Origin: Treponema sp.
GTDB lineage: Bacteria; Spirochaetota; Spirochaetia; Treponematales; Breznakiellaceae
DNA: 64,000 nucleotides
NCBI GenBank assembly: GCA_009787695.1
Contig: WQSW01000003.1
Location: forward strand, 6,703-70,702
Direction: 5' to 3'
Made by a program: the position numbers and the translations under genes. Position 1 is the stretch's first letter; each line of letters starts with the position of its first letter. Positions 1 to 10,316 of this stretch are shown piece by piece. The notes under the pieces were generated by a model, which did not search any database, was not told the DNA's origin, and saw nothing but the letters and a program-made list of their open reading frames with translations.

Positions 1-1
1 C

Positions 2-100
2 CACATCGAATTTGATGAAAACAATAATCCGCATACAAATGTTTATATTATGCAAATAGACGGCGGAGTATATTCATCGTATCAAAAACTGAGTTTGTAA
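2..100 (+). CDS. 3' end of an upstream CDS (partial; possibly a type-1 periplasmic ligand-binding protein)
   Basis: The frame starting at nt 2 is open from the window edge (HIEFDENNNPHTNVYIMQIDGGVYSSYQKLSL*). Its TAA stop overlaps the next ATG (TAATG). The family guess rests only on the FDENx-type C-terminal pattern. Confidence 0.3.
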   Translation, partial: HIEFDENNNPHTNVYIMQIDGGVYSSYQKLSL

Positions 101-2754
101 TGAGAAAAATTATGCTTTGGAATTTCAAAATAAGAGACAGGTTATTAATCTCTTTTTTTATTGTGGTATTTTTAACATTGATAGTCGGAATAACAGGTTT
201 TATCAGTATTACTTCTTTAGGTGATTCTGCTGTAAAAACGATGCATAATGTTTCTATTTTTAATGATATATATGATTTTAATGCCGCTATAAATGCAAGT
301 ATATCAAACATTTTATTTATTAAAGATATTAATCTTGCTCATTATGTTATACAGACAACAATAGTATACATGGAAGAATTTTTAGATCATATCAATCAAT
401 TTTTTGAATTACAAGATCAATTTATAGAAATATTTTCTCCGGGTGAAATGCAGGATATTATAAATTTATTTGAAATATTCAATGATATATATGTTCCCAT
501 TGTAAATGAAATTTTTCATTTGGTGGAAATGGACTTAAAAGAAGAAGCTCTTTCTGTTTATATTAACAGATTTACTCCGCTTTTTGATACATTTACATAT
601 TTTATAAATGAAGGATTTATGATAAATCTAGAAAATTCAATAATAGAAACAAATCATAGTTATGAAAACGCTTCGATACGTGCATATTTAATGCTTGCAA
701 TTGTTTTATTATCGTTAATTGTTTCAATCGCTTTGGCTTTTTACGTTACAAGATCAATTTCTGTTCCGCTTTCAAATCTTGCTTTTGTAGCGAGGAGAAT
801 AGCAAACGGCGAACTGGATATAAAATTTGAAATATTGCAAAGCAAAGATGAAATCGGAAGTTTATCACGAAGGTTAAATGAATCGCTTCAGTTTATGATT
901 CAAGCGCAGCAATTAAAACTGGATGCAATAAAAGCGCAGCATGAAAAAGAAAAAGCGGAAGCTGCTTCTAAAACAAAAGATGATTTTCTTGCAAAAATGA
1001 GCCACGAAATTCGCACTCCGATGAATGCGATTATCGGTATGGCGGAATTATTATCACGAAGTAATCTTTCCAAAGAAGCATATGAATATGTACAAGATAT
1101 TAAACATGCAGGAAATAATTTAATCTCTATCATTAATGATATTCTTGATATTTCTAAAATAGAAGCGGGTAAGATGGAAATAGTTCCGGCAAGTTATCTG
1201 CTTTCATCTTTAATTTATGATACCGTAAATATAATCAGAATACGTCTTGCAGAAAAACCGATAAAATTTAATACGCACATAGGAGAAGGAATTCCCAACG
1301 CCTTAAAAGGCGATGTTGTAAGGTTGCGGCAAGTGCTTCTTAATCTTCTTTCCAATGCTGTAAAATATACAGACGAAGGAAGCATAGATATGTTTCTTTC
1401 AATTGAAAAAAGATCGCTTATACAAGTTTGGCTGAAAGTTGATGTAAGTGATACCGGAAAAGGTATTAAGAAAGAAGATCAGCAAAAACTTTTCAATGAC
1501 TTTGTAAGGTTTGATTCAAAAGAAAATAAAGGAATTGAAGGGACAGGGCTTGGGCTTTCCATTGCAAGGCGTTTATGCCATGCAATGGGCGGTGATATTA
1601 CAGTTGTAAGTGAATACGGAAAGGGCAGTACATTTACAATGATAATTCCGCAGGTGATAGAATCAGAAGAGCCGTTATCTGCAAATTTTGAAGTTGAAAA
1701 AGATTATCAGGATCAATCCGGAACTGTGCGGTTTATTATTCCGCATGCACGCATTCTTGTAGTAGACGACATTCCTACAAATCTAAAAGTTGCCGAAGGT
1801 TTATTAGCGCTTTATAAAATTAATGTTGATACATGCTTAAGCGGTTTTGAAGCTATAGAACTTGTTAAACAAAAAGATTACGATCTTGTATTTATGGATC
1901 ACATGATGCCTGACATGGACGGAATAGAAACAGTTGCACGTATCAGGCATGATGAACAATTAAGAGGTGAAGAACCTGTTCCGATTATTGCATTAACTGC
2001 AAACGCTGTTGTCGGTATGCGTGAAATGTTTATAGAAAATGGTTTTAATGATTTTCTTGCAAAACCTATTGATACTTTAAAGTTAGACGAAATACTTGAT
2101 CATTGGATACAAAAAGAAAAAAAGAAAGCGGAAATATCAATTAATAAAGAGAAAGAACAAGAAAAAAATATTTCGCTTCTGGATATATCGGGGGTAGATA
2201 CAAAAATCGGTATTGCAAGAACCGGCGGCAGAATAGAAAGTTATTTATCTGTTTTGGCAGCATTTATTAATGATTACGAAGAAAAATTGACATTTTTTAC
2301 AACTATGCCAAACGCAGAAAGCTTAAAGATGTTTACAATACAGGTACATGCTCTTAAGAGCGCTGCCGCTTACATTGGTGCAAGCGATGTATCCGCTCAA
2401 GCCCTTGCGCTGGAAAAAGCCGGTAAAGAGTCGGATTTTGAATTTATTGAAAAAAACTTAAACCGCTTTTCATCTGATCTTGCAGTGTTGATTACAAATA
2501 TTCAAAATGCAAAAAATATTTATAATGAAAGTCTTTCACAAAAAACCGATACAGATCATTTAAAACCTCTTTTAAATAAGCTAAAAGAAGCGCTTGAAGC
2601 AAATGAAGCGTCTTCTGATATATTTACAATTATAGATGAAATAAATAAATTATCACTTGATGCAAAAGTTAAAGATAAAATGGAAAAAATTTCATATCAG
2701 GTTTTATTAAGCGAATATGAAGAAGCCGTTAAAATAACAGATGAGTTGAAATAA
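100..2754 (+). CDS. hybrid sensor histidine kinase/response regulator with C-terminal HPt domain
   Basis: 884 aa. N-terminal TM, helical sensor, second TM and a HAMP-like segment. H-box SHEIRTPMNAIIGMAELL, N-box LLSNAVKYT, G-boxes DTGKGI and GTGLGLSI. Receiver motifs ILVVDD..FMDHMMPDMDG..ALTANA. HPt motif VHALKSAAAYIGA. Confidence 0.9.
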   Translation: MRKIMLWNFKIRDRLLISFFIVVFLTLIVGITGFISITSLGDSAVKTMHNVSIFNDIYDFNAAINASISNILFIKDINLAHYVIQTTIVYMEEFLDHINQFFELQDQFIEIFSPGEMQDIINLFEIFNDIYVPIVNEIFHLVEMDLKEEALSVYINRFTPLFDTFTYFINEGFMINLENSIIETNHSYENASIRAYLMLAIVLLSLIVSIALAFYVTRSISVPLSNLAFVARRIANGELDIKFEILQSKDEIGSLSRRLNESLQFMIQAQQLKLDAIKAQHEKEKAEAASKTKDDFLAKMSHEIRTPMNAIIGMAELLSRSNLSKEAYEYVQDIKHAGNNLISIINDILDISKIEAGKMEIVPASYLLSSLIYDTVNIIRIRLAEKPIKFNTHIGEGIPNALKGDVVRLRQVLLNLLSNAVKYTDEGSIDMFLSIEKRSLIQVWLKVDVSDTGKGIKKEDQQKLFNDFVRFDSKENKGIEGTGLGLSIARRLCHAMGGDITVVSEYGKGSTFTMIIPQVIESEEPLSANFEVEKDYQDQSGTVRFIIPHARILVVDDIPTNLKVAEGLLALYKINVDTCLSGFEAIELVKQKDYDLVFMDHMMPDMDGIETVARIRHDEQLRGEEPVPIIALTANAVVGMREMFIENGFNDFLAKPIDTLKLDEILDHWIQKEKKKAEISINKEKEQEKNISLLDISGVDTKIGIARTGGRIESYLSVLAAFINDYEEKLTFFTTMPNAESLKMFTIQVHALKSAAAYIGASDVSAQALALEKAGKESDFEFIEKNLNRFSSDLAVLITNIQNAKNIYNESLSQKTDTDHLKPLLNKLKEALEANEASSDIFTIIDEINKLSLDAKVKDKMEKISYQVLLSEYEEAVKITDELK

Positions 2755-2787
2755 ATAATTTTAAAATGATAATCCGCTTCTTTTATG

Positions 2788-5385
2788 TTATTTTTTCTTT
2801 TTAAAAACAATCCCATTCTTATCAACATCTGCAATTATGTTATCACCTTCGCGGATAACGCCGCCTATCATCTGCTTTGCCAAAGGATTTTCCAAATCGC
2901 TTTGTATTGTGCGTTTTAAAGGGCGTGCGCCGAACATGGGATCGTAACCGCGCTCTGCAAGCAGGGATTTTGCATTATCTGTAAGTGTTAATGTTATTTT
3001 GCGTTCTGCTAATCTTTCTGTTAGGCGCAATAGCTGTATATCAACTATTTTGCCGATTTCGCTTTTTCCCAATCTGTTAAAAATTACTGTCTCGTCTATG
3101 CGGTTTAAAAATTCCGGTCTGAAACTTTGTTTTAAAAGTTCTGTTAACGAACTGCGTAAGGTTTCTGCATTTTTCGCTTCCAGAATTAAATCCGATCCTA
3201 AGTTACTTGTCATTATGATGATTACATTTTTAAAATCGACAACACGTCCTTGCCCGTCTGTCAGCCGCCCGTCATCGAGTATTTGCAAGAATACATTGAA
3301 AACTTCTTGATGCGCTTTTTCGATCTCGTCAAAAAGAATCACGCTGTAAGGGCGGCGTCTTACAGCTTCCGTAAGCTGTCCTCCCTGTTCATAACCGACA
3401 TAGCCGGGCGGCGCTCCGATCAAGCGGCTTACCGAATGTTTTTCTCCGTACTCGCTCATATCAATCCGAGTGAGCGCTTTTTCATCGTTAAAAAGAAATT
3501 CCGCCAGTGTTTTTGCAAGCTCTGTTTTTCCTACACCTGTCGGTCCTAAAAAAAGAAATGATCCTAAAGGGCGTGCCGCATCGGAAAGACCCGCCTTGTT
3601 GCGTCTGATTGCATCGGCGACTGCGGCAAGAGCTTCGTCCTGTCCGACAACACGCTCTTCTAAAACTTTTTCCAGATCAAGATATTTTTGCAATTCGCCG
3701 GAGAGCATTTTTGAAACGGGGATGCCTGTCCATGCTGACACAACGCCTGCGATATCTTCTTCGCATACCTCTTCGCGTAACAGCGCCGAAGCGCCTCCTC
3801 CTGCCGCTTGTTCCCTCTTTTTTTCCATTTGATCGGTGAGCAAGGAAAGTTGTTTTTGCGCTTCAGGAATTTTTCCGTGTTTTACTTCTGCCGCTTTTGT
3901 CAGGTTGCCTTCGCGTTCATAACGTGTTTCCTCTATTTTTAATTCTTCTATCCGTTGTTTTATTTCTCTTATTTTTTGAATATCGAGTTTCTCGCTTTCC
4001 CATCGCGCTTTCATCGCATCACGCTCTGCGCTAAGGTCTGCAATTTCCTTTTCAAGTTTCGTTAAACGTTCCTTTGACGCGGCATCTTCTTCGCGTGAAA
4101 GAGCCTGCCTCTCTATCGAAAGCTGTAAAAGTTTTCTTTCTAATTTATCCAATTCAGTGGGGCGGCTGTCAAGTTCCATTTTTAAACGGCTAGCCGCTTC
4201 ATCAACAAGATCGATTGCTTTATCAGGCAAAAAGCGGCTTGTGATGTAACGGCTTGAAAGAGTTGCCGCCGCGACAAGCGCCTCATCTTTAATTCTTACG
4301 CCGTGATGAACTTCGTACCGCTCTTTAAGCCCGCGTAAAATCGCAATCGTATCTTCCACCGAAGGCTCTGCTGTGTAAACTTGCTGAAAGCGCCGTTCAA
4401 GCGCCGCGTCTTTTTCTATGTGTTTCCGGTATTCATCTAAGGTAGTTGCGCCGATACAGCGAAGTTCGCCGCGTGCAAGAGCGGGCTTTAACAAATTGGA
4501 AGCGTCTGTCGCGCCTTCCGCCGCTCCCGCTCCGACAAGCGTGTGCATCTCATCAATAAAAAGAATGATCTTTCCGTCTTCCGCCTGCACTTCTTGAATC
4601 ACAGCTTTCAGACGTTCTTCAAATTCGCCGCGGTATTTTGCGCCTGCAACAAGCGCGCCTAAATCGAGAGCGAGAAGTTTTTTTCCTTTTAATCCCTCTG
4701 GAACATCGCCTGCAACTATCCGCCGCGCAAGACCTTCGACGATTGCTGTTTTTCCTACACCGGGCTCTCCTATTAGAACGGGATTGTTCTTTGTGCGCCG
4801 CGAAAGAACTTGCATACACCTGCGTATTTCTTCATCGCGTCCAATCACAGGGTCGAGTTTTTCCTGACGCGCTAACGCCGTTAAATCACGGCAAAAACGA
4901 TCAAGCACTTGGTATTTTTCTTCCGGGTTTTGATCTGTTACACGCGATTTTCCTCTTACTTGTTTTAATGCGCCGAGTATCGCGTTTTTATTTACACCTG
5001 CTTTTTTTAAAAGGTCGGCAATTTTTCCTTCGTTAGCCGACATCGAAATTAAAATATGTTCTGTCGAAACAAAATCATCTTTTAATGACGAAGCTTCAAT
5101 TTCCGCTTTTGCCAAAATTTTTGTTAAAGACGACGAATAATAAACCTGCGCCGCTTCTCCGAAAATCTTCGGCGTATTTTTCACCGCCGCTTCAACATCT
5201 TTTAAAAGTCTGCCTGTATCGCCGCCTATTTTTTCAATGATAGGAAGAACAATTCCGTTTTCTTGCTGCAATAATGCAAGCAAAAGATGTTCGCTCTCAA
5301 TTTGCGAATGATCGTTTTTCTGCGCGATAGAAGTTGCTTCACTCAATGCTTCCTGCGCTTTTATAGTAAATTTTTCGTAGTTCAT
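2788..5385 (-). CDS. clpB: ATP-dependent chaperone ClpB
   Basis: 865 aa. Clp N-domain, two AAA+ modules (Walker A GEPGVGKT and GPTGVGKT) and a long coiled-coil M-domain between them. Full-length architecture typical of ClpB. Confidence 0.95.
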   Translation of the reverse strand: MNYEKFTIKAQEALSEATSIAQKNDHSQIESEHLLLALLQQENGIVLPIIEKIGGDTGRLLKDVEAAVKNTPKIFGEAAQVYYSSSLTKILAKAEIEASSLKDDFVSTEHILISMSANEGKIADLLKKAGVNKNAILGALKQVRGKSRVTDQNPEEKYQVLDRFCRDLTALARQEKLDPVIGRDEEIRRCMQVLSRRTKNNPVLIGEPGVGKTAIVEGLARRIVAGDVPEGLKGKKLLALDLGALVAGAKYRGEFEERLKAVIQEVQAEDGKIILFIDEMHTLVGAGAAEGATDASNLLKPALARGELRCIGATTLDEYRKHIEKDAALERRFQQVYTAEPSVEDTIAILRGLKERYEVHHGVRIKDEALVAAATLSSRYITSRFLPDKAIDLVDEAASRLKMELDSRPTELDKLERKLLQLSIERQALSREEDAASKERLTKLEKEIADLSAERDAMKARWESEKLDIQKIREIKQRIEELKIEETRYEREGNLTKAAEVKHGKIPEAQKQLSLLTDQMEKKREQAAGGGASALLREEVCEEDIAGVVSAWTGIPVSKMLSGELQKYLDLEKVLEERVVGQDEALAAVADAIRRNKAGLSDAARPLGSFLFLGPTGVGKTELAKTLAEFLFNDEKALTRIDMSEYGEKHSVSRLIGAPPGYVGYEQGGQLTEAVRRRPYSVILFDEIEKAHQEVFNVFLQILDDGRLTDGQGRVVDFKNVIIIMTSNLGSDLILEAKNAETLRSSLTELLKQSFRPEFLNRIDETVIFNRLGKSEIGKIVDIQLLRLTERLAERKITLTLTDNAKSLLAERGYDPMFGARPLKRTIQSDLENPLAKQMIGGVIREGDNIIADVDKNGIVFKKKK

Positions 5386-5509
5386 AATTTTCTCTTACTT
5401 ATAGAATATGGGCGGTTCTTTAGAAACGCAAGCTTTTGTTTTAAGTCCGGATATAAATCAATAAAATAATTGATAAAAAATTAATTTATGATATATTAAA
5501 ACAGAAAAA

Positions 5510-5548
5510 GGCGGAGCAAAAATTAATGCGGGAGCGCTTTTTCCGCAT
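5510..5548 (-). terminator. putative rho-independent terminator downstream of the antiporter-EIIA gene
   Basis: Hairpin ATGCGG-N11-CCGCAT (5526-5548). On the minus strand it is followed by a TTTTT run (complement of AAAAA at about 5518-5522). Confidence 0.4.
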
Positions 5549-5600
5549 GACATTGTTCATCAATATAATTTTTCTTATGTTATGTGCTCATCTTTCTTTT

Positions 5601-7685
5601 TCATTTCTCCGCAACTTTCTTCTTCCTGATCAAATCCACAGCGTCCTGCGGTGTCGGAGCGTTTATAACAGCTTCACGTAATGCCTCGTTTCCAAGTATT
5701 GAACCTACCGCTGCAAGGAATTGGACATGAAGACCGTAAGATTTTCTCGGTGAAACAATCATTATAAAAAGGTGAGACGGCTCTCCGTCTATCGAATCAA
5801 AATTAATTCCTGCTTTGCTTATACCCACTACAACTGTGGTTTCTAAAATACCGTCAGTCTTTCCGTGGGGAAGCGCGATGCCAAACTCCATGCCGGTACT
5901 CATGCTTTTTTCCCTCTCAAGTACATCTGCTAAAACTGCATCGCGGTCGGAAAGTTTATCCGCTTTATAAAGTATGTCTACAAGTTCTGTAATCACATCT
6001 TCTTTTGTTTCGCTTTTTAAATCTAAAGTGAATAATTCCGCGTCAATAAGTGCAAGAAGGTCTTTTGATGTGCGTGCATCGGTATCTAAAAGGTCTTTTT
6101 TCATTTCTGCTGTATCCGCAGAATTTTTTAGTTTTTCAATGTTATGCGAAAGTTCTACTATTACTTCATAAACTTGATTTCTTACAAAGGGCATATCTTT
6201 TTTGGATGTTGTTATGGTTATCGACTTTTCTTCTTCTGTAATAAATAAGGTTATATTATCTTTGCGCGCTTGGGAAAGTCCTTCATCAATGTTCATTGTT
6301 TGGACAAAAAACTCTTCGTTGCGCAGTTCGCTTAAAATATTTGCCATAACAAGGTCTGTGATTTCGCCGTTTTCAAATTCCCATACTTCGTGAATACTGT
6401 CATTATCTTTTACCGGTTTCCGCGTTCCTTGTTTCGGTTTTTTTAAAGCAAGTCCAAGCAACGGGGGAGATGCAACTATCGTAAGAAAGATCATAAGTAT
6501 AGCTGCAGAAAAATGATTGACATCTAAAACACCTGTTGAAAGCCCTATGCCGCATGTGATTAGAGCGCCTTCTCCGCGGGGAATCATTCCCGTTCCGATG
6601 CGGAGCGCTCCTGTACGGTTAAATCCCAAAAGGAGGGCAGGACCGCCGCAACCGATTATCTTTGCAAAAATGACGGCTAACGTATATATTGCGCTGAAGA
6701 TCAAAATGGGTGCAGATATTACCGCTTTGATATTTACCATCATACCCATAACGGTGAAAAATATCGGTACAAAGAATCCGTATAGTCCGTAAATTCGTTC
6801 CTGAATTATTGCGGCAATATCGGTTTTTGAAAGTGCAAGACCTGCGATATATGCGCCGATGATTAATGCCAAGCCCTGTGTTTCAAGAACACCTGCAAGA
6901 ATCAATGCAAGACCAAGCGCGAGTACGGAAAAATCAAAAGTGTTTTTAAAGATTTTTAAAAAAGATGCGAGTAACTTTGCGCAGATTAAAAGAAGCGCTG
7001 TTACACCTAACCAAATACCGAAAACTTTTAATGCTAAAAATATAACAGACTGTGCGGAAAATCCGTTTCCGGTTTGTCCGCTCATAATGGAAACTATTCC
7101 TAAAACAACTGCAAGCAGAATGATCCAAATAACATCATCTAAAACTGCCGCTGTTAACATCGTTACCCCTTCAGGGGAATCCATTTTTTTACGCTCGGAA
7201 AGTGTGCGCGCGGTAATCCCGACAGAAGTGGTGCAGGCTATCACTCCTAAAAATAAACAGTGCGGATCAAAAAACGAAGAATTGAAAATAAATACACCGC
7301 AGAATGTTCCCGCTACAAAAGAAAGCAATGCTCCGCTAATACCGATTACACTTCCTGCAACAGAATAACGAAGAAATAAACTAAGGTTGGTTTCAAGTCC
7401 GGTATTAAAAAGCAATACAATCGAAGCGACAGTTGCAAATGCGTATAATTCAAGGCTGACTGCAAGAGTATGCGTTTCTGTTAAGGCAAGCGGGAAAATC
7501 CCTTCAGGAAAGAAAGGAAGGGTGATACCGCCTAGCGCATAAGGTCCGATTATAACACCCGCTAACAGTTCTCCCAGCACTGAAGGTATTCCTATCTTCT
7601 TTGCCAACTGCCCGAACAAGCGTGCCGCAAATAGAATTATGCCAATCTGGAGAACCAGTTTAGCTACAAGGTCAGTAATTTGCAT
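5601..7685 (-). CDS. CPA2/Kef-type cation:proton antiporter fused to a C-terminal PTS EIIA (fructose/Ntr-type) domain
   Basis: 694 aa. The N-terminal ~400 aa are polytopic and glycine-rich, like a Na+/H+-exchanger family transporter. The C-terminal ~150 aa carry the EIIA-2 signature around the phospho-His (GIALPHGKTDG). Confidence 0.75.
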   Translation of the reverse strand: MQITDLVAKLVLQIGIILFAARLFGQLAKKIGIPSVLGELLAGVIIGPYALGGITLPFFPEGIFPLALTETHTLAVSLELYAFATVASIVLLFNTGLETNLSLFLRYSVAGSVIGISGALLSFVAGTFCGVFIFNSSFFDPHCLFLGVIACTTSVGITARTLSERKKMDSPEGVTMLTAAVLDDVIWIILLAVVLGIVSIMSGQTGNGFSAQSVIFLALKVFGIWLGVTALLLICAKLLASFLKIFKNTFDFSVLALGLALILAGVLETQGLALIIGAYIAGLALSKTDIAAIIQERIYGLYGFFVPIFFTVMGMMVNIKAVISAPILIFSAIYTLAVIFAKIIGCGGPALLLGFNRTGALRIGTGMIPRGEGALITCGIGLSTGVLDVNHFSAAILMIFLTIVASPPLLGLALKKPKQGTRKPVKDNDSIHEVWEFENGEITDLVMANILSELRNEEFFVQTMNIDEGLSQARKDNITLFITEEEKSITITTSKKDMPFVRNQVYEVIVELSHNIEKLKNSADTAEMKKDLLDTDARTSKDLLALIDAELFTLDLKSETKEDVITELVDILYKADKLSDRDAVLADVLEREKSMSTGMEFGIALPHGKTDGILETTVVVGISKAGINFDSIDGEPSHLFIMIVSPRKSYGLHVQFLAAVGSILGNEALREAVINAPTPQDAVDLIRKKKVAEK

Positions 7686-7782
7686 TATTCATCCTAATAT
7701 AATTATTTTACGTTTTGTGCATAGTAGTGTCTAGTGTGTCATCAGTATGTTTTTCTTACTTTTTGCAGAAGCGTGTAAATAT

Positions 7783-7805
7783 AAAAAAAGCAGCCCGAAG
7801 GCTGC
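7783..7805 (-). terminator. rho-independent terminator of putP
   Basis: GCAGCC-cgaa-GGCTGC hairpin (7790-7805) flanked by an A7 run (7783-7789), which reads as a U-tract on the minus strand. It lies 23 nt downstream of the putP stop. Confidence 0.65.
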
Positions 7806-7827
7806 TTTTAAATTAGTTTTCTTTGTT

Positions 7828-9375
7828 TTAAAAAACAGGTCCGCCATTTTTTACTTCTTCAAATTCTTTTTGCAATTCATTTGATGGAGGCGCAGTTAAC
7901 AGTGAGACAAACACGATCATCATGCAGGAAAAGAGGAATGCGGGAAGCAGCTCATAGATGTTCCATGCTCCGCCTAAAGGACGGATAACAAGCTTCCAGA
8001 AGAAAACCATAAAGCCGCCGCTCAGCATTCCTGCAATCGCTCCCGGAAGATTGATGCGCTTCCAGAAAAGAGAAAACAACATCAATGGACCGAATGTTGC
8101 ACCGAAGCCTGCCCATGCAAACGACACGATGGTAAATATTACGCTGTTTTCGTCTAATGCTATCAATATGGCAATTACTGTGATTGTTAAAAGTGTTATG
8201 CGTGATACAATCATGACTTCCTTTTCGCTGGCATTCTTTACGAATATTTTTTGATAAAGATTTTTTGAGAGTGAAGAAGAAGCGATCAGCAAATACGAAT
8301 CGGATGAACTGATTGTTGCGGCAAGAATTCCAGCCATTACTAAACCTGCAAAGACAGGGATAAAATGATTGGTGGAAATTAAAATAAAAATATTTTCTGA
8401 TGAAGAATAGGTGCCGAACTCTGCCGGATATAATGTTCTGCCGACAATACCGATAAATACGGCTGTTGCCAAAGCGATGACAACCCATACAACAGCGATA
8501 CGCCTTGAAATTGTAAGTTTCTTTTCTTCGCGGATAGCCATGAAACGCAGTAATACGTGAGGCATTCCGAAATAGCCCAAACCCCAAGCCATAGTAGACA
8601 TGATTGTAATAAACCCATAAGGTAAGGCGGCGCCGAATACAGGCGATGAATTATGAATACCTGTTTGGTTAGCCATGCCGAAGAATTCCAGGAAACCGGG
8701 AATGTTTTTTGCATTTTGCATAACAGTACCCAAACCGCCTGCGGCGGCAGTCCCTACTATAAAAACTGTTACAAGAGCGAATATCATCACTATGCCCTGC
8801 ATAAAGTCAGATGAACTTTCGGCAAGGAAGCCGCCGATCATTGTATATGCAAGTACAAATATTGCACCTAATATCATCATTGAAACATATGATGCGCCGA
8901 ACAATGTCGAGAAAAGTTTTCCGCAGGTTACAAAACAACTTGCCGCATAAACAGTGAAAAATATCAAAATAAAAACAGCTGCAAAGGTCAGCAGAATTTT
9001 TTTGTTTTCTTTAAATCTGTTTGAGAAAAATTCAGGCAGTGTAATCGCATTCCCTGCTTTCTCGCTGTAACGGCGGAGGCGTTTTGAAACAATCAGCCAA
9101 TTTAAATATGTACCGATTGCCAAACCGATTGCAGTCCATGCAGCATCTGCAAGACCGAACCAATATGCGACACCCGGTAAACCCATAAGCAGCCAGCCTG
9201 ACATATCCGAAGCTTCCGCGCTCATCGCAGATACCCACGGTCCTAAACTTCTTCCGCCTAAAAAGTAAGCCTCTGAATCTTGATTAGATCTTTTGGCGAA
9301 ATAAACGCCGATCCCGATTACAATCGCCATATAAAAAGCCATTGTAATTAAAATTTGAATTCTACCTGCATCCAT
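7828..9375 (-). CDS. putP: sodium:proline symporter (SSS family)
   Basis: 515 aa with about 13 TM segments. N-terminal YFLGGRSLGPWVSAMSAEASDMSGWLLMGLPG is the typical PutP/SSS signature region. Confidence 0.85.
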   Translation of the reverse strand: MDAGRIQILITMAFYMAIVIGIGVYFAKRSNQDSEAYFLGGRSLGPWVSAMSAEASDMSGWLLMGLPGVAYWFGLADAAWTAIGLAIGTYLNWLIVSKRLRRYSEKAGNAITLPEFFSNRFKENKKILLTFAAVFILIFFTVYAASCFVTCGKLFSTLFGASYVSMMILGAIFVLAYTMIGGFLAESSSDFMQGIVMIFALVTVFIVGTAAAGGLGTVMQNAKNIPGFLEFFGMANQTGIHNSSPVFGAALPYGFITIMSTMAWGLGYFGMPHVLLRFMAIREEKKLTISRRIAVVWVVIALATAVFIGIVGRTLYPAEFGTYSSSENIFILISTNHFIPVFAGLVMAGILAATISSSDSYLLIASSSLSKNLYQKIFVKNASEKEVMIVSRITLLTITVIAILIALDENSVIFTIVSFAWAGFGATFGPLMLFSLFWKRINLPGAIAGMLSGGFMVFFWKLVIRPLGGAWNIYELLPAFLFSCMMIVFVSLLTAPPSNELQKEFEEVKNGGPVF

Positions 9376-9438
9376 ATATTTCTCCTATAAATAAATATTT
9401 TAAAGTGAAATAGAAGTAATATCAAGTTTTTTTGAATA

Positions 9439-10212
9439 TTAATTTCTGCCTTCTCTCCATAATTTTATAAAATCTGTTCTGTCTATATATTCCGCTCCGA
9501 ATTTTAATTTATACGCATTGTTTTTTTTACTGTCATCTGTTCCTAAATTGCAAAAATTATAATTGTGATCCCTCAAATATTCCAGCATTAGCGCAATCTG
9601 AACCGATCCCGAAGACGGCTCTGTATGATAACCCGTATAACTTGTATAAATATTTCCTGTTTTAATACCAATCTCGCCGGCAATTAATTCACCGTCTTTA
9701 TAAACCTCGAAAGAGACGGCTTTCGCTTTGTATTTATTTTTATTAAGATGAATTAATGTTTTCTTTAACGGTGATGTTATCCAAATTCTGCCGTGATATT
9801 TTCTTATATTATTTATTACATTAATAAAATTATAATTAACTCTTAATTCATATTCTTTTTTTATTCGATTGATCGAATTCGATATGTGAATATTATTAAA
9901 GAATAATACAGTTTGTTTTTTCCAAATATTAATTAAAGGGATATATGTTAATCTTTTGTTTTTATTATTTATAATCGGTATATCTCTGAACATTACATCT
10001 GATGTAATATAAAAACCTGAGTACATAAGCTCGCTTAAAAATTTCGGAGAAAATGAAAATCCTATGGCTCTTTCATTTTTGTCATAATCATTATTTCCTG
10101 TTAATTTATCAATAAATTGATCAGGAATATCATTTTCATGAATAATTATATCTCCAAAATGATTAAAATTAAAATCTGATGTTTTTGACGCTGTATCATT
10201 AACTATACCCAT
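9439..10212 (-). CDS. divergent leucyl/phenylalanyl-tRNA--protein transferase (Aat)-like protein
   Basis: 257 aa. By eye it is colinear with E. coli Aat. IHISNSINRIKKEYELRVNYNF.. matches [28 protein letters not shown] matches WITRGV. GELIAGEIGIKTGNIYTSYTGY matches [22 protein letters not shown]. Very AT-rich gene. Confidence 0.45.
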   Translation of the reverse strand: MGIVNDTASKTSDFNFNHFGDIIIHENDIPDQFIDKLTGNNDYDKNERAIGFSFSPKFLSELMYSGFYITSDVMFRDIPIINNKNKRLTYIPLINIWKKQTVLFFNNIHISNSINRIKKEYELRVNYNFINVINNIRKYHGRIWITSPLKKTLIHLNKNKYKAKAVSFEVYKDGELIAGEIGIKTGNIYTSYTGYHTEPSSGSVQIALMLEYLRDHNYNFCNLGTDDSKKNNAYKLKFGAEYIDRTDFIKLWREGRN

Positions 10213-10316
10213 GATATTATCTTAATTACTAATAAATATTATAACTATAATTATGCCAAGTCAATATGTAATATGTATCTTCTCATTTTATTTATTTTTT
10301 GATATAGTAAAACATC

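Noticed and set aside
6859-7368. 169-aa plus-strand ORF antisense to the antiporter gene, along with several 60-90-aa antisense ORFs between 5974 and 6792
   Set aside because: It is antisense to a well-supported polytopic transporter frame. There is no RBS or promoter, and the composition is typical of a shadow ORF.
7952-8587. 211-aa minus-strand ORF inside putP in another frame, plus ORFs at 8379-8714 and 9032-9238
   Set aside because: They are fully nested in the 515-aa SSS-transporter frame, which has clear family motifs. The alternative-frame products are Arg/Cys/Phe-rich with no features.
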